From: Planctomycetota bacterium
GTDB lineage: Bacteria; Planctomycetota; UBA8108; SXIK01
DNA length: 64,000 bases
Assembly (NCBI GenBank): GCA_965223845.1
Contig: CBDCXR010000004.1
Span: 1,216,001-1,280,000 of the forward strand
Direction of reading: 5' to 3'
A program made the translations under genes and the position numbers. Below, in pieces: positions 32,291 to 43,600 of the stretch (positions within the stretch are counted from its first letter, which is position 1; every line of letters starts with the position of its first letter). The notes under the pieces are model-generated. The model ran no database searches and was not told the origin of the DNA. It saw nothing but the letters and a program-made list of their open reading frames with translations.

Positions 32291-33886
32291 GTGCCGGGGA
32301 ATTTCAGTCCGCTCGACTGGGCGATCGTCGGCGTCTACCTCATCGCCACGCTCGCCGTCGGGATCTTCGCCAATCGCTACATCCGGGGGATGAGCGAGTT
32401 CATCGTCGCCGGGCGCTCGCTGAAATCGCGCCTCTCGATCGCGACGATGATCGGATCCGAGCTCGGCCTCGTCACCGTGATGTTCATGGCCGAGAAGGGC
32501 TTTACGGGGGGCTTCTCCGCGTTTCATATCGGCGTCGCCGCCGGCGTCGTCGCCGTGCTCGTCGGTTGGAGTGGATTCATCGTCGTGCCGCTGCGCGAGC
32601 TCGGTGTCATGACGATCCCCGAGTTCTACGAACGCCGATTCACTCGCGGGACGCGCATCGTCGGCGGAGTTCTCCTCGCAGCGGGCGGCATCCTCAACAT
32701 GGGGATGTTCCTCAAGGCGGGCGCGGTGTTCGTTTCCGGGCTTACGGGGCTCGAGAATCCGCTCTACGTGAAGTGGATCATGACGTCACTGATCGTGCTC
32801 GTTCTCGTCTACACCGTTCTCGGTGGAATGGTGTCGATCGTGATCACCGATTACATCCAGTTCGTCGTGCTCGCGTTCGGACTCGTCCTCACGTGCGTGT
32901 TCGCACTCTCTCACACGGGGTGGGACTCGGTCGTGAGCGCCGTCGAGACCGTTCACGGAAGCGCGGGTTTCGATCCATTCGACGCGGATGTCTACGGCTG
33001 GCAGTACGTCGTGTGGATGGTGTTTCTCGGCCTCGTCTCGTGCGCGGTTTGGCAGACTGCGGTCCTCCGCGCGTGCGCCGCCGAAAGCACGGCGGTCGTC
33101 CGAAAGCTCTACGTTTGGTCGTCCGTCGGCTTTCTCGTCCGGTGTATCGTGCCGCAATTCCTCGGAATCTGCGCGCTCGCGTACTTCTGGTCGGATCCCG
33201 AGTGGAAGGCGATCTTCTTCGATGAGAGCGGCGCCATCGCGGGCGACGAGAAGCTTCGCGCCATGCCGGTCTTTCTCCGACAAGTGCTCCCCGTCGGAAT
33301 GATCGGCCTCGTGGCTGCAGGAATGCTCGCGGCGTTCATGTCGACCCACGACACGTATCTCCTCTGCTGGGCGACCGCGATCACCGAAGACGTGATCCAC
33401 CCGGCGACAGCGGGCGAGCTCTCGGTGCGCGGTCGCCTGCTGCTCACCCGAATTTTCGTCGTCGCGATCGCGGGATTCCTCCTCGTCTGGAGTCTCTGGT
33501 ACGAGCTCAAGAGCGATCTCTGGGACTACATGGCGGTAACGGGGGGAATCTATTTCACCGGCGCGTTCGTCGTCCTCACCGCTGGAATCTACTGGCGACG
33601 CGCGAGCACCGCCGGCGCCTACGGTGCCCTGCTCATCGGTAGCCTGATGGTGTTCGGCCTAAAGGATGTACAGGAGCTGGTCCGCGGATTCGTCCCAGCG
33701 ATGGAAGCGGGGACCCTCGCGGACTGGACCAGCGCTGGAATCCTCAGCGTGGATGCCGAGAGCGGGCTCCACTTCGTCCGGAGCGAGACGATCGGGCTCG
33801 GGACGATCGCGCTGGCCGCGCTCGCGATGATCGTGGGCTCGCTCGTCTTTCCCGGACGCGGCGCGCGCGCGGAGGGGGATCGATGA
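32291..33886 (+). CDS. Sodium:solute symporter family protein
   Basis: LDWAIVGVYL, FIVAGRSL, TIPEFYERRF, YTVLGGM..ITD..QF, AAFMST, many TM segments. GGAGG before the GTG start. Confidence 0.92.
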   Translation: MPGNFSPLDWAIVGVYLIATLAVGIFANRYIRGMSEFIVAGRSLKSRLSIATMIGSELGLVTVMFMAEKGFTGGFSAFHIGVAAGVVAVLVGWSGFIVVPLRELGVMTIPEFYERRFTRGTRIVGGVLLAAGGILNMGMFLKAGAVFVSGLTGLENPLYVKWIMTSLIVLVLVYTVLGGMVSIVITDYIQFVVLAFGLVLTCVFALSHTGWDSVVSAVETVHGSAGFDPFDADVYGWQYVVWMVFLGLVSCAVWQTAVLRACAAESTAVVRKLYVWSSVGFLVRCIVPQFLGICALAYFWSDPEWKAIFFDESGAIAGDEKLRAMPVFLRQVLPVGMIGLVAAGMLAAFMSTHDTYLLCWATAITEDVIHPATAGELSVRGRLLLTRIFVVAIAGFLLVWSLWYELKSDLWDYMAVTGGIYFTGAFVVLTAGIYWRRASTAGAYGALLIGSLMVFGLKDVQELVRGFVPAMEAGTLADWTSAGILSVDAESGLHFVRSETIGLGTIALAALAMIVGSLVFPGRGARAEGDR

Positions 33887-34032
33887 ACTGGCTCACGGTC
33901 TGGGTGATCGTTCTCGGCGGAGGGATCGCCGTCTTCGCCGGTCTCGCGGTCTACGTCGCGATCGGCGGCGCGAAGGACATTCGCTCGATGCTGAGGACGC
34001 TCGAACGGCGGGCGGAGGAAGATCGGCGCTGA
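33883..34032 (+). CDS. Small (49 aa) membrane protein coupled to the symporter (not in ORF track)
   Basis: MNWLTVWVIVLGGGIAVFAGLAVYVAIGGAKDIRSMLRTLERRAEEDRR. ATGA overlap with the symporter stop, GGAGG upstream. Confidence 0.75.
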   Translation: MNWLTVWVIVLGGGIAVFAGLAVYVAIGGAKDIRSMLRTLERRAEEDRR

Positions 34033-34081
34033 ACGAGACCGCGCGGCGGCTGCACGACGCCTCTCGCGCGCGATCGACGCG

Positions 34082-34996
34082 CTAAGCCCACCGCTTCTGC
34101 TGGGCACGTGCGATCAATTCGGAGAAGAGCCTCCGCTGCGCCCGGAGTGCGGCGACACGGTCGGCCGGTTTCCCCCGCGCTTCGAGGAGCACCCAGCCGT
34201 CGTAGTCGACCAGTGTCAACAGCTCGAAAAGCTGCGCGTACGGATAACGCTCGTCGTTCAGTTCGCGGACGTGCGCCGTCCGGCCGAAGCGGCGCGCGAC
34301 GAGGTGAAAGTTCGACCAAAGGCCCGCGCCGCCGAGATCCTGGGCGTTTGAGTTCCAGCAGACGGCGACGCGCGGGTGCGGCGCGAGATCGATGATTCTC
34401 CTGATCGTGGGAAGCTCTGCGCACTGACCGTGCACCTCGAGACGGATCTCTTGTCCCCACTCGTTCGCGTACTCGCCGAGCTCGTAGAGGCTGCTCGCGA
34501 TCTGTGCGATCGTCTGCTCGCGGGGAACGCCGTCGTGGAACCGATCCGGCTTCACTTTGACGCCCGATCCGCCGACGTCGTGGCTGAGTCGAACGAACTC
34601 TTTGGTCGCCTCGATCGCAGCTGCGACTCGCGCGGGATCCGGGTTGTCGTAGCGCTCGTTGCTGCCGATGCCGACGAGCTCGACCGGACTATCGGCGAAG
34701 CGCTTCTTGACGTCGGCACGCTGCGCGGCGCTCAGCGTCGGCTCGACGCCGTGCGCGTGCGTCGTGCGGAGCTCGACGCCGAGGACGCCGGAGCTCGCAC
34801 AGTTCGCGATCAAGTTCGGCAACTGCCAGTCTTGGCCCCACAGATAGGTCACGAGGCCGAAGCGCATCTTCTCGCCGGGCCGGTGAGTCGCTGCGGGCAA
34901 GCTGCGCGCGGCCGAGGGAACGAGGATCGCGCCCGCGGCGCGGCCGAGGCTGCGACGGAGCGCTTCCCTTCGAGTCAGCTTTGCGGTCGAATCCAT
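34082..34996 (-). CDS. Sugar-phosphate isomerase/epimerase (xylose isomerase-like TIM barrel), Tat-type signal
   Basis: TRREAL, GVELRTTHAHGVE, IRLEVHG, HVREL, YDGWVLLE. Start at ATG 34996. Confidence 0.85.
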   Translation of the reverse strand: MDSTAKLTRREALRRSLGRAAGAILVPSAARSLPAATHRPGEKMRFGLVTYLWGQDWQLPNLIANCASSGVLGVELRTTHAHGVEPTLSAAQRADVKKRFADSPVELVGIGSNERYDNPDPARVAAAIEATKEFVRLSHDVGGSGVKVKPDRFHDGVPREQTIAQIASSLYELGEYANEWGQEIRLEVHGQCAELPTIRRIIDLAPHPRVAVCWNSNAQDLGGAGLWSNFHLVARRFGRTAHVRELNDERYPYAQLFELLTLVDYDGWVLLEARGKPADRVAALRAQRRLFSELIARAQQKRWA

Positions 34997-35112
34997 CGCG
35001 ATGGCCTTTCGATGTCGGTGAGTCGAGTCGAGTGCTTCGATTCTATCCGCTCCTCGGCCCGGCTTGGACCCGTCCTCGTCCCGCGCAGTCCGTTCGAATC
35101 TCGACTCGCGCG

Positions 35113-35940
35113 TCAGTCGAGGAAGAAATCGGCCATGAGATCGTCGCATCCCGGCGTAACGGAGTAGCGGGAAAAGTCGCTCTCACCCGCCTCGCGGAGG
35201 ACGTCCTCATCGACGAAGAAATTCCCTGTCGCCGTGCGCGGGTCGCGGGTGAGGACTTCGTACGCGGCGTCCGCCATGATCTCCGGCGTCCGACATCTCG
35301 CGGCGGCGCTTTCGCCTCCGAGGAGATTGATCACGGCGGCCGTCGCGATCGCGGTCTTCGGCCAGAGACAATTGACACCGATTCCGAGCTCGCGAAATTC
35401 CTCGGCCATTCCGAGCGCGCACAGGCTCATGCCGTACTTGCTGATCGTGTAGGCCACGTGCGGCGCGAACCACTTCGGCGCGAGATGGAGGGGCGGCGAG
35501 ATGTTGAGCACGTGAGGGGACGCGGACGAGCGGAGGTAGGGGAGACAGGCCTGCGTTGTCAAGAACGTCCCGCGGGCGTTCACCTGATGCATCAAGTCGA
35601 AGCGCTTGACGGGCGTCTCCGCCGTACCGGCGAGAAAGATCGCGCTCGCGTTGTTGACGAGGATGTCGATTCCCCCGAACGTTTCGGCGGCCCTCTCCAC
35701 GGCGGCGGTGATTTGCGCGGCGTCGCGGATATCGGTTGCGACCGCGAGAGCTCGTCCCCCGGTCGCTTCGATCTCTTCTGCTGCGGTGTGAATCGTGCCC
35801 GGCAGCTTCGGGTGGGCGCGCTCGGTCTTAGCCGCGACGACGATGTTTGCGCCGTCGACAGCGGCGCGAAGAGCGATCGCCTTCCCGATTCCTCGACTCG
35901 CGCCAGTGATGAAGACGGTCTTTCCACGGAGGTCAGCCAC
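35113..35940 (-). CDS. Short-chain dehydrogenase, HSDL2-like
   Basis: TGASRGIG, AAKT..HPKLPGTI, NNASAI, YTISK, LWPKTAIATAA. Confidence 0.92.
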   Translation of the reverse strand: MADLRGKTVFITGASRGIGKAIALRAAVDGANIVVAAKTERAHPKLPGTIHTAAEEIEATGGRALAVATDIRDAAQITAAVERAAETFGGIDILVNNASAIFLAGTAETPVKRFDLMHQVNARGTFLTTQACLPYLRSSASPHVLNISPPLHLAPKWFAPHVAYTISKYGMSLCALGMAEEFRELGIGVNCLWPKTAIATAAVINLLGGESAAARCRTPEIMADAAYEVLTRDPRTATGNFFVDEDVLREAGESDFSRYSVTPGCDDLMADFFLD

Positions 35941-36175
35941 GATGATCCTCGCTACTTGCGGGTAAGTTCGGTCGAATCCGTCGAGCCTGGACGCGCTGTA
36001 CCGGTGATGGCCCGTCTGCTATGATCGGCCGGCTCGTCGACCGACCGGAAAGTCGTGCCGCTCGGCGCCGCGACGATCCTATCACGATCCGCTCCGTCTC
36101 GAAGCGATGGCGCCGAAACGAGTCGATCCTCCGTGACAGAGTCGCGGGACACATCACTCCAGCGAAGGATTCATC

Positions 36176-37126
36176 GTGCGAATCTGCCGAATCGCCGCCG
36201 ACGCCGAGGATGAGCTCGGGTTTTGTTTCGATCACGGTGTCGTTCCGTGGCGGAACGTCTTCGCTCGCGACGATACCCCGCGTGGGCTTGCCGCCTCGCT
36301 GAGATCGGCGAGTGTACTGGATTGCCTCCCGCCGGACGGACAAGCCTTCGCTCGCGCGCGCGAGCTTGCAGATTGGCTCGACGCGCGACCGGAGATTGCC
36401 ACCGCGTTGACGCTGCCGCTTTCAGCCGTGCGGCTTCGCCGTCCGATCGAGCGCCCGCCGAAGCTCTTTCTTCTCGCCGGCAACTACGCCGCGCACGTCG
36501 AGGAGGGGGGCGACCTCGCCGTCGAGCGACGCGAAACTTTTCCCTACGTTTTCATGAAGCCGTCGACGGCGCTCGCCGATCCCGGCGCGGAGTTTCGCTT
36601 GCCCGATTGCTCGCCTCGGCATCTCGACTGGGAGCTCGAGCTCGGCGTGATCATCGGGCGAAGGATTCGCGGGGTCTCCGAGTCGGAAGCGCTCGCCGCG
36701 ATCGCCGGGTACACCGTCGTCAACGATCTCTCCGACCGCCGCTTCCATCCGAACTCGGATCGAGTCGAACGTCCGCGCGACGGATTCTTCGATTGGCTCC
36801 ACGGCAAATGGCACGATGGCTCCTGTCCGATGGGACCTTGCGTCCTCTCGGCTGACGCCGTCGAGGACCCGCAGCAGTTTCCGCTTCGCCTCACGGTGAA
36901 CGGCGACGTGAAGCAGGATGCCTCGACCGCCCAGCAAGTGTTTCCGGTGGCGGCGGTGGTGGCGTTCGTCGCGAGTTTCGTTACGCTGGAGCCCGGCGAC
37001 GTGATCTCGACCGGGACTCCGGCGGGCGTTGGAAACACGTCGGGGACGTTCCTCCGAGCCGGAGACCGCATCGCGGCGACGATCGAAGGGATTGGGACCT
37101 TGGAAACGCGCGTCGTCGATGCTTGA
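36176..37126 (+). CDS. Fumarylacetoacetate hydrolase family protein
   Basis: GNYAAH, FMKP, DWELEL, NDLSDR, GKWHDG..PMGP, LEPGDVISTGTPAGVG. Confidence 0.92.
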   Translation: MRICRIAADAEDELGFCFDHGVVPWRNVFARDDTPRGLAASLRSASVLDCLPPDGQAFARARELADWLDARPEIATALTLPLSAVRLRRPIERPPKLFLLAGNYAAHVEEGGDLAVERRETFPYVFMKPSTALADPGAEFRLPDCSPRHLDWELELGVIIGRRIRGVSESEALAAIAGYTVVNDLSDRRFHPNSDRVERPRDGFFDWLHGKWHDGSCPMGPCVLSADAVEDPQQFPLRLTVNGDVKQDASTAQQVFPVAAVVAFVASFVTLEPGDVISTGTPAGVGNTSGTFLRAGDRIAATIEGIGTLETRVVDA

Positions 37127-37230
37127 ACCGCGTCGCCGGAAGCCTTCGCCCGGCCACCGAGTCTCGAGCGGCTCGAGACCGGGTCGACTCAGCAACCGAA
37201 CCCGAAGAGAGTGAGGCCGAACCGCCGATC

Positions 37231-37749
37231 ATGCTCAGCACCAACATGCAGAACGCGCTGAACGCGCAAATGAATGCAGAGTTCTATTCCTCCTATCTTT
37301 ACCTCGCGATGGCGGCGAACTTCGAAGTCGCCGACCTCCCCGGGATGGCGAGCTGGATGACCCTCCAGGCGGACGAGGAAGCGATGCATGCAAAGAAGTT
37401 CTATCGCTATCTTCTCGACCGCGACGGGCGAGTTCACCTCGGGGCGATCGATGCACCGAAGGAGAGCTGGAGCTCTCCCCTCGACGTGTTCGAAAATGCG
37501 CTCGCCCACGAGCGACACGTGAGCCAAAGCATCAACGCGCTCGTGGATCTGGCTCTCAAGGAGCAGGATCACGCGACGAACAACTTCCTTCAGTGGTTCG
37601 TCGCCGAGCAGGTCGAGGAAGAAGCGACGGTTCGCGACGTCTGCAGCCGACTCAAGCTCGTCGGCGACGACGGCCGCGGTCTCTTTCTCATCGATCAGGA
37701 GCTCGCCGGCCGAAAGCCGGCGCCGTCCCCTGCCGATTCCGCGGAGTGA
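37231..37749 (+). CDS. ftnA: Non-heme ferritin
   Basis: LNAQMNAEFYSSYLYLAM, EEAMHA, HERHV, FLQWFVAEQVEEE. Start at ATG 37231. Confidence 0.93.
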   Translation: MLSTNMQNALNAQMNAEFYSSYLYLAMAANFEVADLPGMASWMTLQADEEAMHAKKFYRYLLDRDGRVHLGAIDAPKESWSSPLDVFENALAHERHVSQSINALVDLALKEQDHATNNFLQWFVAEQVEEEATVRDVCSRLKLVGDDGRGLFLIDQELAGRKPAPSPADSAE

Positions 37750-37799
37750 GCTCGCGCGGTCGAGCGTTCGGCGACCCAGCTACTCGAGGAAGTGCAACT

Positions 37800-39221
37800 G
37801 TGACGAAACCGCGACTACCGACTCTCTTCGCTCTCGCCCTCGTGTTCGCGGCGTCTCTCTCTTCTGCTCACGCGAAGAACGTCGTCCTCGTCGTGACCGA
37901 CGACCAGGGGCAGGACGCGGGATGCTACGGCAATTCGGTGATCAAGACCCCTCACCTCGACGCACTCGCGGCCGATGCGACGCGATTTCGCTACGCGTTC
38001 GCCACCACGGCGAGCTGCAGCGCGAGTCGGTCGGTGATTCTGAGCGGGCTCTTCAATCACCGCACCGCGCAGTTCGGCCACCAGCACAGCTACCATCACT
38101 TTCGCACGTACGAGAATCTCGCTACGCTTCCGGCGCTTCTCGCTCGCGGTGGTTACCGCACGGCACGGATCGGAAAGTTTCACGTCGGACCGGAGGAGGT
38201 GTACCCGTTCGATGTAAAGCTTCCCGGCAACGCGCGGAGTCCGGTCGCGATGGCGAAGGCTTGTCGCGAGTTCGTCTCGGCTCCGTCGGAAAAGCCGTTC
38301 TTTCTCTTCTTCTGCACATCCGATCCCCACCGGGGCGGCGGGCGGGCCAACGAGCTTCCCGAGGCGCCGGACCGATTCGGCAACAAGCGGGCCGGGCAGT
38401 CGTACCCCGGCGTCGAGGAAGTCATCTACTCGCCGAAGGACGTGATCGTCCCCCCGTTCCTCCCGGACACGCCGGCGTGCCGTGCCGAGCTTGCGCAGTA
38501 CTATCAATCGGTCTCGCGCATCGATCAGGGACTCGGAGCCCTCGTGGACATCCTGAAGCGAGCCGGAGTGTGGGATTCGACTCTTTTTCTCTACATCTCC
38601 GACCACGGCATCGCGTTCCCCGGGGCGAAGACGACCGTCTACGAACCCGGTCTTCGCTCGCCGTGCATCGTCCGCAGTCCTCGCGAATCGAAGCGCGGCG
38701 TCGTCTCGAACGCGATGGTGAGCTGGGTCGATCTCGCCCCGACCATACTTGAGTTCGGTGGGATCCCGGGTCCGGCCCGCCCTGCATTTCACGGGCGATC
38801 ATTTCTCGGCGTTCTCGGCGAGGCGAATCCGAGCGGCTGGGATGAGATTTACGCCTCGCACACGTTTCACGAGATCACGATGTACTATCCGATGCGCGTG
38901 GTGCGTGGACGGCGGTACAAGTTGATCTGGAACATCGCCCATCCGCTTCCCTATCCGTTCGCCTCTGATCTCTGGGCGGCTCCGACGTGGCAGGAGCGTT
39001 ACCAGAAGGGGCCGAAGACGCTCTACGGGAAGCGAACGGTGGAGAGTTACATCCACCGGCCGGCATTCGAGCTCTACGACCTCGAGAGCGATCCCGACGA
39101 GGTGAAGAATCTCGCCGGCGACGAGAAGCACGCGAAACGACTGAAAGAGCTCCAAGCGAAGCTCCGCGCGTTTCAAAAGCGCACCGAAGATCCCTGGGCG
39201 CTCAAGTGGCGATACGAGTGA
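37800..39221 (+). CDS. Sulfatase (N-sulfoglucosamine sulfohydrolase-like), secreted
   Basis: NVVLVVTDD, formylglycine motif CSASR, GKFHV, DPHR, SDHG, THFHE-like HTFHE..YYPMR, ELYDL..DP. GTG start at 37800. Confidence 0.92.
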   Translation: MTKPRLPTLFALALVFAASLSSAHAKNVVLVVTDDQGQDAGCYGNSVIKTPHLDALAADATRFRYAFATTASCSASRSVILSGLFNHRTAQFGHQHSYHHFRTYENLATLPALLARGGYRTARIGKFHVGPEEVYPFDVKLPGNARSPVAMAKACREFVSAPSEKPFFLFFCTSDPHRGGGRANELPEAPDRFGNKRAGQSYPGVEEVIYSPKDVIVPPFLPDTPACRAELAQYYQSVSRIDQGLGALVDILKRAGVWDSTLFLYISDHGIAFPGAKTTVYEPGLRSPCIVRSPRESKRGVVSNAMVSWVDLAPTILEFGGIPGPARPAFHGRSFLGVLGEANPSGWDEIYASHTFHEITMYYPMRVVRGRRYKLIWNIAHPLPYPFASDLWAAPTWQERYQKGPKTLYGKRTVESYIHRPAFELYDLESDPDEVKNLAGDEKHAKRLKELQAKLRAFQKRTEDPWALKWRYE

Positions 39222-39251
39222 GCGGGTCTCACTTCTTCGTTCGAGCGCGCC

Positions 39252-40697
39252 CTAGCGGACGCTAGCCCACGCTCGTCGGATGGCGGCGATTGCCTCGTCG
39301 ACGCGCTCTCTTCCGGTGCGCAGGTGGAGCACGCAGATCCGCACGTAAAAGCGTCCTGCGATCGTCGTTCCCGTGATGTACGCCTTGCGTTCGTTTTGCA
39401 CGTGCTCGAGCACCGCGCGGTTCAAACGGTCGAGCTCGTCCTCGCTCGCGCCGGGCCAAACCTTGCGGAACGCGAACAGAGAGAGCTCGAGAGGGGCAGC
39501 GAACTGGATTCCAGGTTCTGTGGAGATTTCGCGGTACGCGTACTCCGCGAGGCTGTGCTTCTCGCGCAGAGCGTTTCGGAACGCCCGCACTCCGTGCAGC
39601 TTGAGCGGAAGCCAGAGGCGGAGCCCTCGCCACGCACGCGAAAGCTCGAAGGTGACCTCGCAGAAGTCGATGTGGTCGATCTCTTCGACGAAGTCGGGAA
39701 GGTACGGCGCCGAGCTTGCGAACGCGGCTCCAAAGGGAGCGAGATCGCGAACGAGAAGCGCACCCGTCCCGTAGGCGAGGAACATGCCCTTGTGCGGATC
39801 GATGGCGACCGAATCCGCTCGCTCCATGCCTCGGAGGCGATCGCGCAGCTCGGGGACGAGAGCGAACATCCCACCGTACGCGCCGTCTACGTGGAACCAG
39901 AGGCCTTCCGCGGCCGCGACGTCGGCGATCGCATCGAGCGGATCGATCGTTCCGGTGTTGACCGTTCCCGCGCTGCCGCAAACGAAGAACGGCGTGTACC
40001 CGGCGTCTCGATCCGCGCTGATCGCGCGTTCGAGAGCGGCGACATCGAGGCGGAGCTCGGCGTCGACGGGAATCGTGCGCCAGTTCTCTTCGGGGATGCC
40101 GGCGGTTTTTGCCGCCTTCGTCACCGAGTGATGAATTTCGCCCGAAAGGTAGATCGTTCCGCTCGCCGCGACCGTGCCGACCGAGCGTTCGCGTGCCGCG
40201 ACGAGGGCGAGGAGATTCGACATCGAACCGCCGGTAGTGAGAACTCCGAGCGTTCCGGTCGGGAACCCGAGTATCTCGGCGAGCCACCGCACGGTCTCGG
40301 TTTCGAGAGCGACGGCTCCGGGCGCAGCGACCCACACCCCGGCGTAGCGGTTCACGACGGATGCGATGAACTCGGCGAGCGCTGCGGTGTAGAGACCGCC
40401 TCCCGGTATGTAGGCCAGGTAGCCGGGACCTGCGGTGTTGAACGCGCAGGGAACGATTCGCTCGAAGATGAGGTCGAGAAGCGGCGTGATGTCCGTTCCG
40501 TGTTCCGGAGGGGCTTCGTGCACCCAGCTCGCAGCATCGGAACGCTCGTGCGTGTCCCAGGACGGTTGCGACTGAATCGTCGCGAGGAACTCGTGCAGCC
40601 GCTCGCGCGCCGCGTCGAGTAGCGCGTCGCGCTCGTCGGGAGACGGATCGAGAGGAAGACCGCGCACGTCGTTTGGAGTTCGAGAGTCGGCGTTCAT
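39252..40697 (-). CDS. PLP-dependent group II amino-acid decarboxylase (aromatic L-amino acid decarboxylase-like)
   Basis: TTGGSMSNL, HHSVTKA, AGTVNTG.IDPL, WFHVDGAYG, PLP lysine in DPHK, ELSR. Confidence 0.92.
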   Translation of the reverse strand: MNADSRTPNDVRGLPLDPSPDERDALLDAARERLHEFLATIQSQPSWDTHERSDAASWVHEAPPEHGTDITPLLDLIFERIVPCAFNTAGPGYLAYIPGGGLYTAALAEFIASVVNRYAGVWVAAPGAVALETETVRWLAEILGFPTGTLGVLTTGGSMSNLLALVAARERSVGTVAASGTIYLSGEIHHSVTKAAKTAGIPEENWRTIPVDAELRLDVAALERAISADRDAGYTPFFVCGSAGTVNTGTIDPLDAIADVAAAEGLWFHVDGAYGGMFALVPELRDRLRGMERADSVAIDPHKGMFLAYGTGALLVRDLAPFGAAFASSAPYLPDFVEEIDHIDFCEVTFELSRAWRGLRLWLPLKLHGVRAFRNALREKHSLAEYAYREISTEPGIQFAAPLELSLFAFRKVWPGASEDELDRLNRAVLEHVQNERKAYITGTTIAGRFYVRICVLHLRTGRERVDEAIAAIRRAWASVR

Positions 40698-43600
40698 TTG
40701 AGCTCCACGAGGAACGCGACAAGGTCGCGAAGCTCGCGCCGCGTCAGGAACTGGACGAGGTCTTCCGGCATCGCCGAAACGGCTTTCGTGCGATCGATCA
40801 CACGCGACTTGAATACGGTTCGCGGGGTTCGTTCGGGAGTCACGATGCGGATCGATTCCGCGTCTTCCGACTGAAGAACTCCGCTGATGTCTTCGCCGGT
40901 GTCGAGGACGAGAGTCACGCTGTCGAATCCCTCGGCGATGGTCGCGTTAGGATCGACGATGGCTTCGAGGAGAAGACGCCGGTCGCGGGTGCGCGCGACG
41001 TTCGTGAGCTCGGGGCCGACCTCGCCGCCGTCGCCTCCGATGCGATGGCAGCGAAGACACGACACCTCGGCTTTCGAGTAAAAGATCTCTCGTCCGCGCT
41101 CAGCGTCTCCGCCGATCAGTGTGTCATCGAACGTCGCGGTTCGACCGGCCGCTGCTTTCCAAGCCTCGTAGGATTCGAGCTCGGTGGCGATCGCAGGGAC
41201 GCTCTGCGCGCGCGCTCGTGCCGTCTCGAGGAGCTCGAGCGCGTACGCGCGAGGCGCCTTTTCCTCGCGAAGCGATCGAACCTCGCTCGCGATCAGCGAA
41301 TCGACCTCGGGCGTCGCGACCGACCCGAGGATCTCGAATGCGGCTTGGCGCACGTGATCGTCACCGTCGAGAAGCGAGCGGCGGCACTCGGCGATCGTCT
41401 CGTCCCGAGTCGCCCCCTTCGCGAACAGGTGAAGTGCCGCCGCGCGCACCGCTCCGTGATCGTCGGTGAGGGCGTCTCCCACGATTTGAGAGCGATCGCG
41501 CGTCGAAACCGAGTCCGCCGCCGCTAGCGCGCGGAGCGCGCTGACGCGCACCTCACCGGGCGCTCCCCTCCGCGCGAGCACCGCGCGTAGGCTCGCGGCG
41601 ATCGCGGGAGAGTCGACGGTGCGTGCCGCCGCGACGGCGTCGGCGAGGACCGCGGACGGCGCGCGGGCGAGGACGGTCGGCAGAATCTCTTCGAGCGCAG
41701 TCGCCGCGGGTGCGCCGTCGCGGGGAGGAATCGGGCGCCAGAGCGAGAGAACTCGGTCTCGACCCGATGGCGCGCGCCAGTCGGCGAGCATGCGCAGCGC
41801 TTCCCGGCGCAGGGTCTCCGCGAGATCGTCGGAATTCGCTGCCCGGGCGATGGCGCGAGCGTTTTCGCGCCCTCCGCGTCGGAAACGTGCATTGAGTACG
41901 CGGTGAGCGACGGACTCGGAAAGACCCGTCGCGGCCGCGCCGGTGAGCGGGACCGCGGCCACGGAGTCGAGCGCAGAAGGAATCGGTACGTCGTGTACGG
42001 CGCGAATCGCCTCCGCCGCGACGTCGCTCTCGCGGTCGCGCACGAAGCGGCGCACCGCAGGCGAGGCGAGTCTTCGAAGCGCGACCACGACCGCGACGCG
42101 CACCGCCTTCGCCGGATGGGAATAGATTGCTTCGAGGGCCTTCGGATTCCGCTCTCCGATACCCGCGAGTGCCATCACACCCGCGTGACGAAGAAATGGG
42201 TCTTCGCCCCGGTTTGCGTCGAGCATCCTCGCGACTCGATCGGCGTCGGAACCGTCTCCGGTCCGGGCTAGTCCTTGAGCCGCGAAGAACTGAACGCGGG
42301 GCAGGGCGTCCTCGAGGCCGCGGCGAAACGCTTCCCGCGCTCCGGGATCCGATCCCCACCGGAGAACCCGCAGAGCCTGCGCGCGAATCTCGCCGTGCGC
42401 GTCGTCCGCGACCCCCGCGACGACCGAGCCCAGCTCGGGATGGCGATCGAGCATTTGACCGATCGCCCAGAGCGCGTGGACGCGCGCGACGAGCGGTTTC
42501 GTGCTCGCGAGGACTCTCTCGAGAATCGGGAGCGCGTCGAGCTCGCGGGACGCGAGTGCGAACTGCGCCGCTTGTCGCACGCGTCGGTCGGAATGCTCGA
42601 GTCGCGTCGCGAGCTCGGTCGACGAAGCGTCGTCCGTGCCTCGCGCGAGGAGTTGGCGGACGCTCTCTGCTTCACGATTCGCTTCGCGCGGCCTCACTCG
42701 GTAGATGCGTCCCTTGCCGGGCTTATCCCAGCCTTCGACCCAGTCGGAGATGTAGAGCGCCCCATCGGGTCCGAAGTCGACGTCCGTCGCGAGCGCGCCC
42801 CAGAGGAACTTGTGGTGGTCGACGAGCTCGAATCCGGCGCCGCGCGGCACGACGGCGAACGAGCGGACGCCGCTCTTCGCGCTGTCGCCGCGAAAGTCGC
42901 ACAGAAAGAAGTGCCCGCGGTAGCGCTCGGAGAGTCCCGTGCCCGGGTAGTAGGTCAGCCCCGCAGGACCGTCCGCGATGTTGAGGATGGGCGGAACAAT
43001 GTGAGCCGGCTGGCCGTCGAAGTGCGGGCGCCAGAGGAGCTCGCTGTTCCACGGTCCGCGACTCACCGGCCACTCGATGTACTGAAAGCTCATCCGCCAC
43101 CCGCTGTCACTCCCCTCGACGAGATAGGTCCACCGTGCGAGGTCACCGCTGTCGGAATTGTTCTCTCCGGTGAAGAGATTGCCGAGGTCGTCGAACGCGA
43201 GCTCCTGCGGATTGCGAAGTCCGGTGGCGAACACCTCGAGTTCGGAGCCATCGGGGTGGCAGCGGAGAACCGCGCCCGTGTGCGGATGCGCGATCACTCG
43301 CTCGCCGGTCTCGACGTGAAGTCCGCGGTCGCCGACGGAGAAGTACAGCTTCCCGTCGGGTCCGAACGTGAGTCCGTGGAGATCGTGACCGAGGAAGGCG
43401 ACGTGAACGCCGTAGCCCGTGTGGAGCTCGCGGCGGGCGTCGGCGACACCGTCGCGGTTCTGATCGCGAAGGTGCCAGAGGCTCGGGATGCATGCGTACC
43501 AGACATCGTCTCCGCGCGCGAGGACACCGGCTCCGATTCCGTCCTCCGCGCGGTGGAAACCGTCCGCGAAGACCGTGGAACGATCGAGGCGGCCGTCGGC

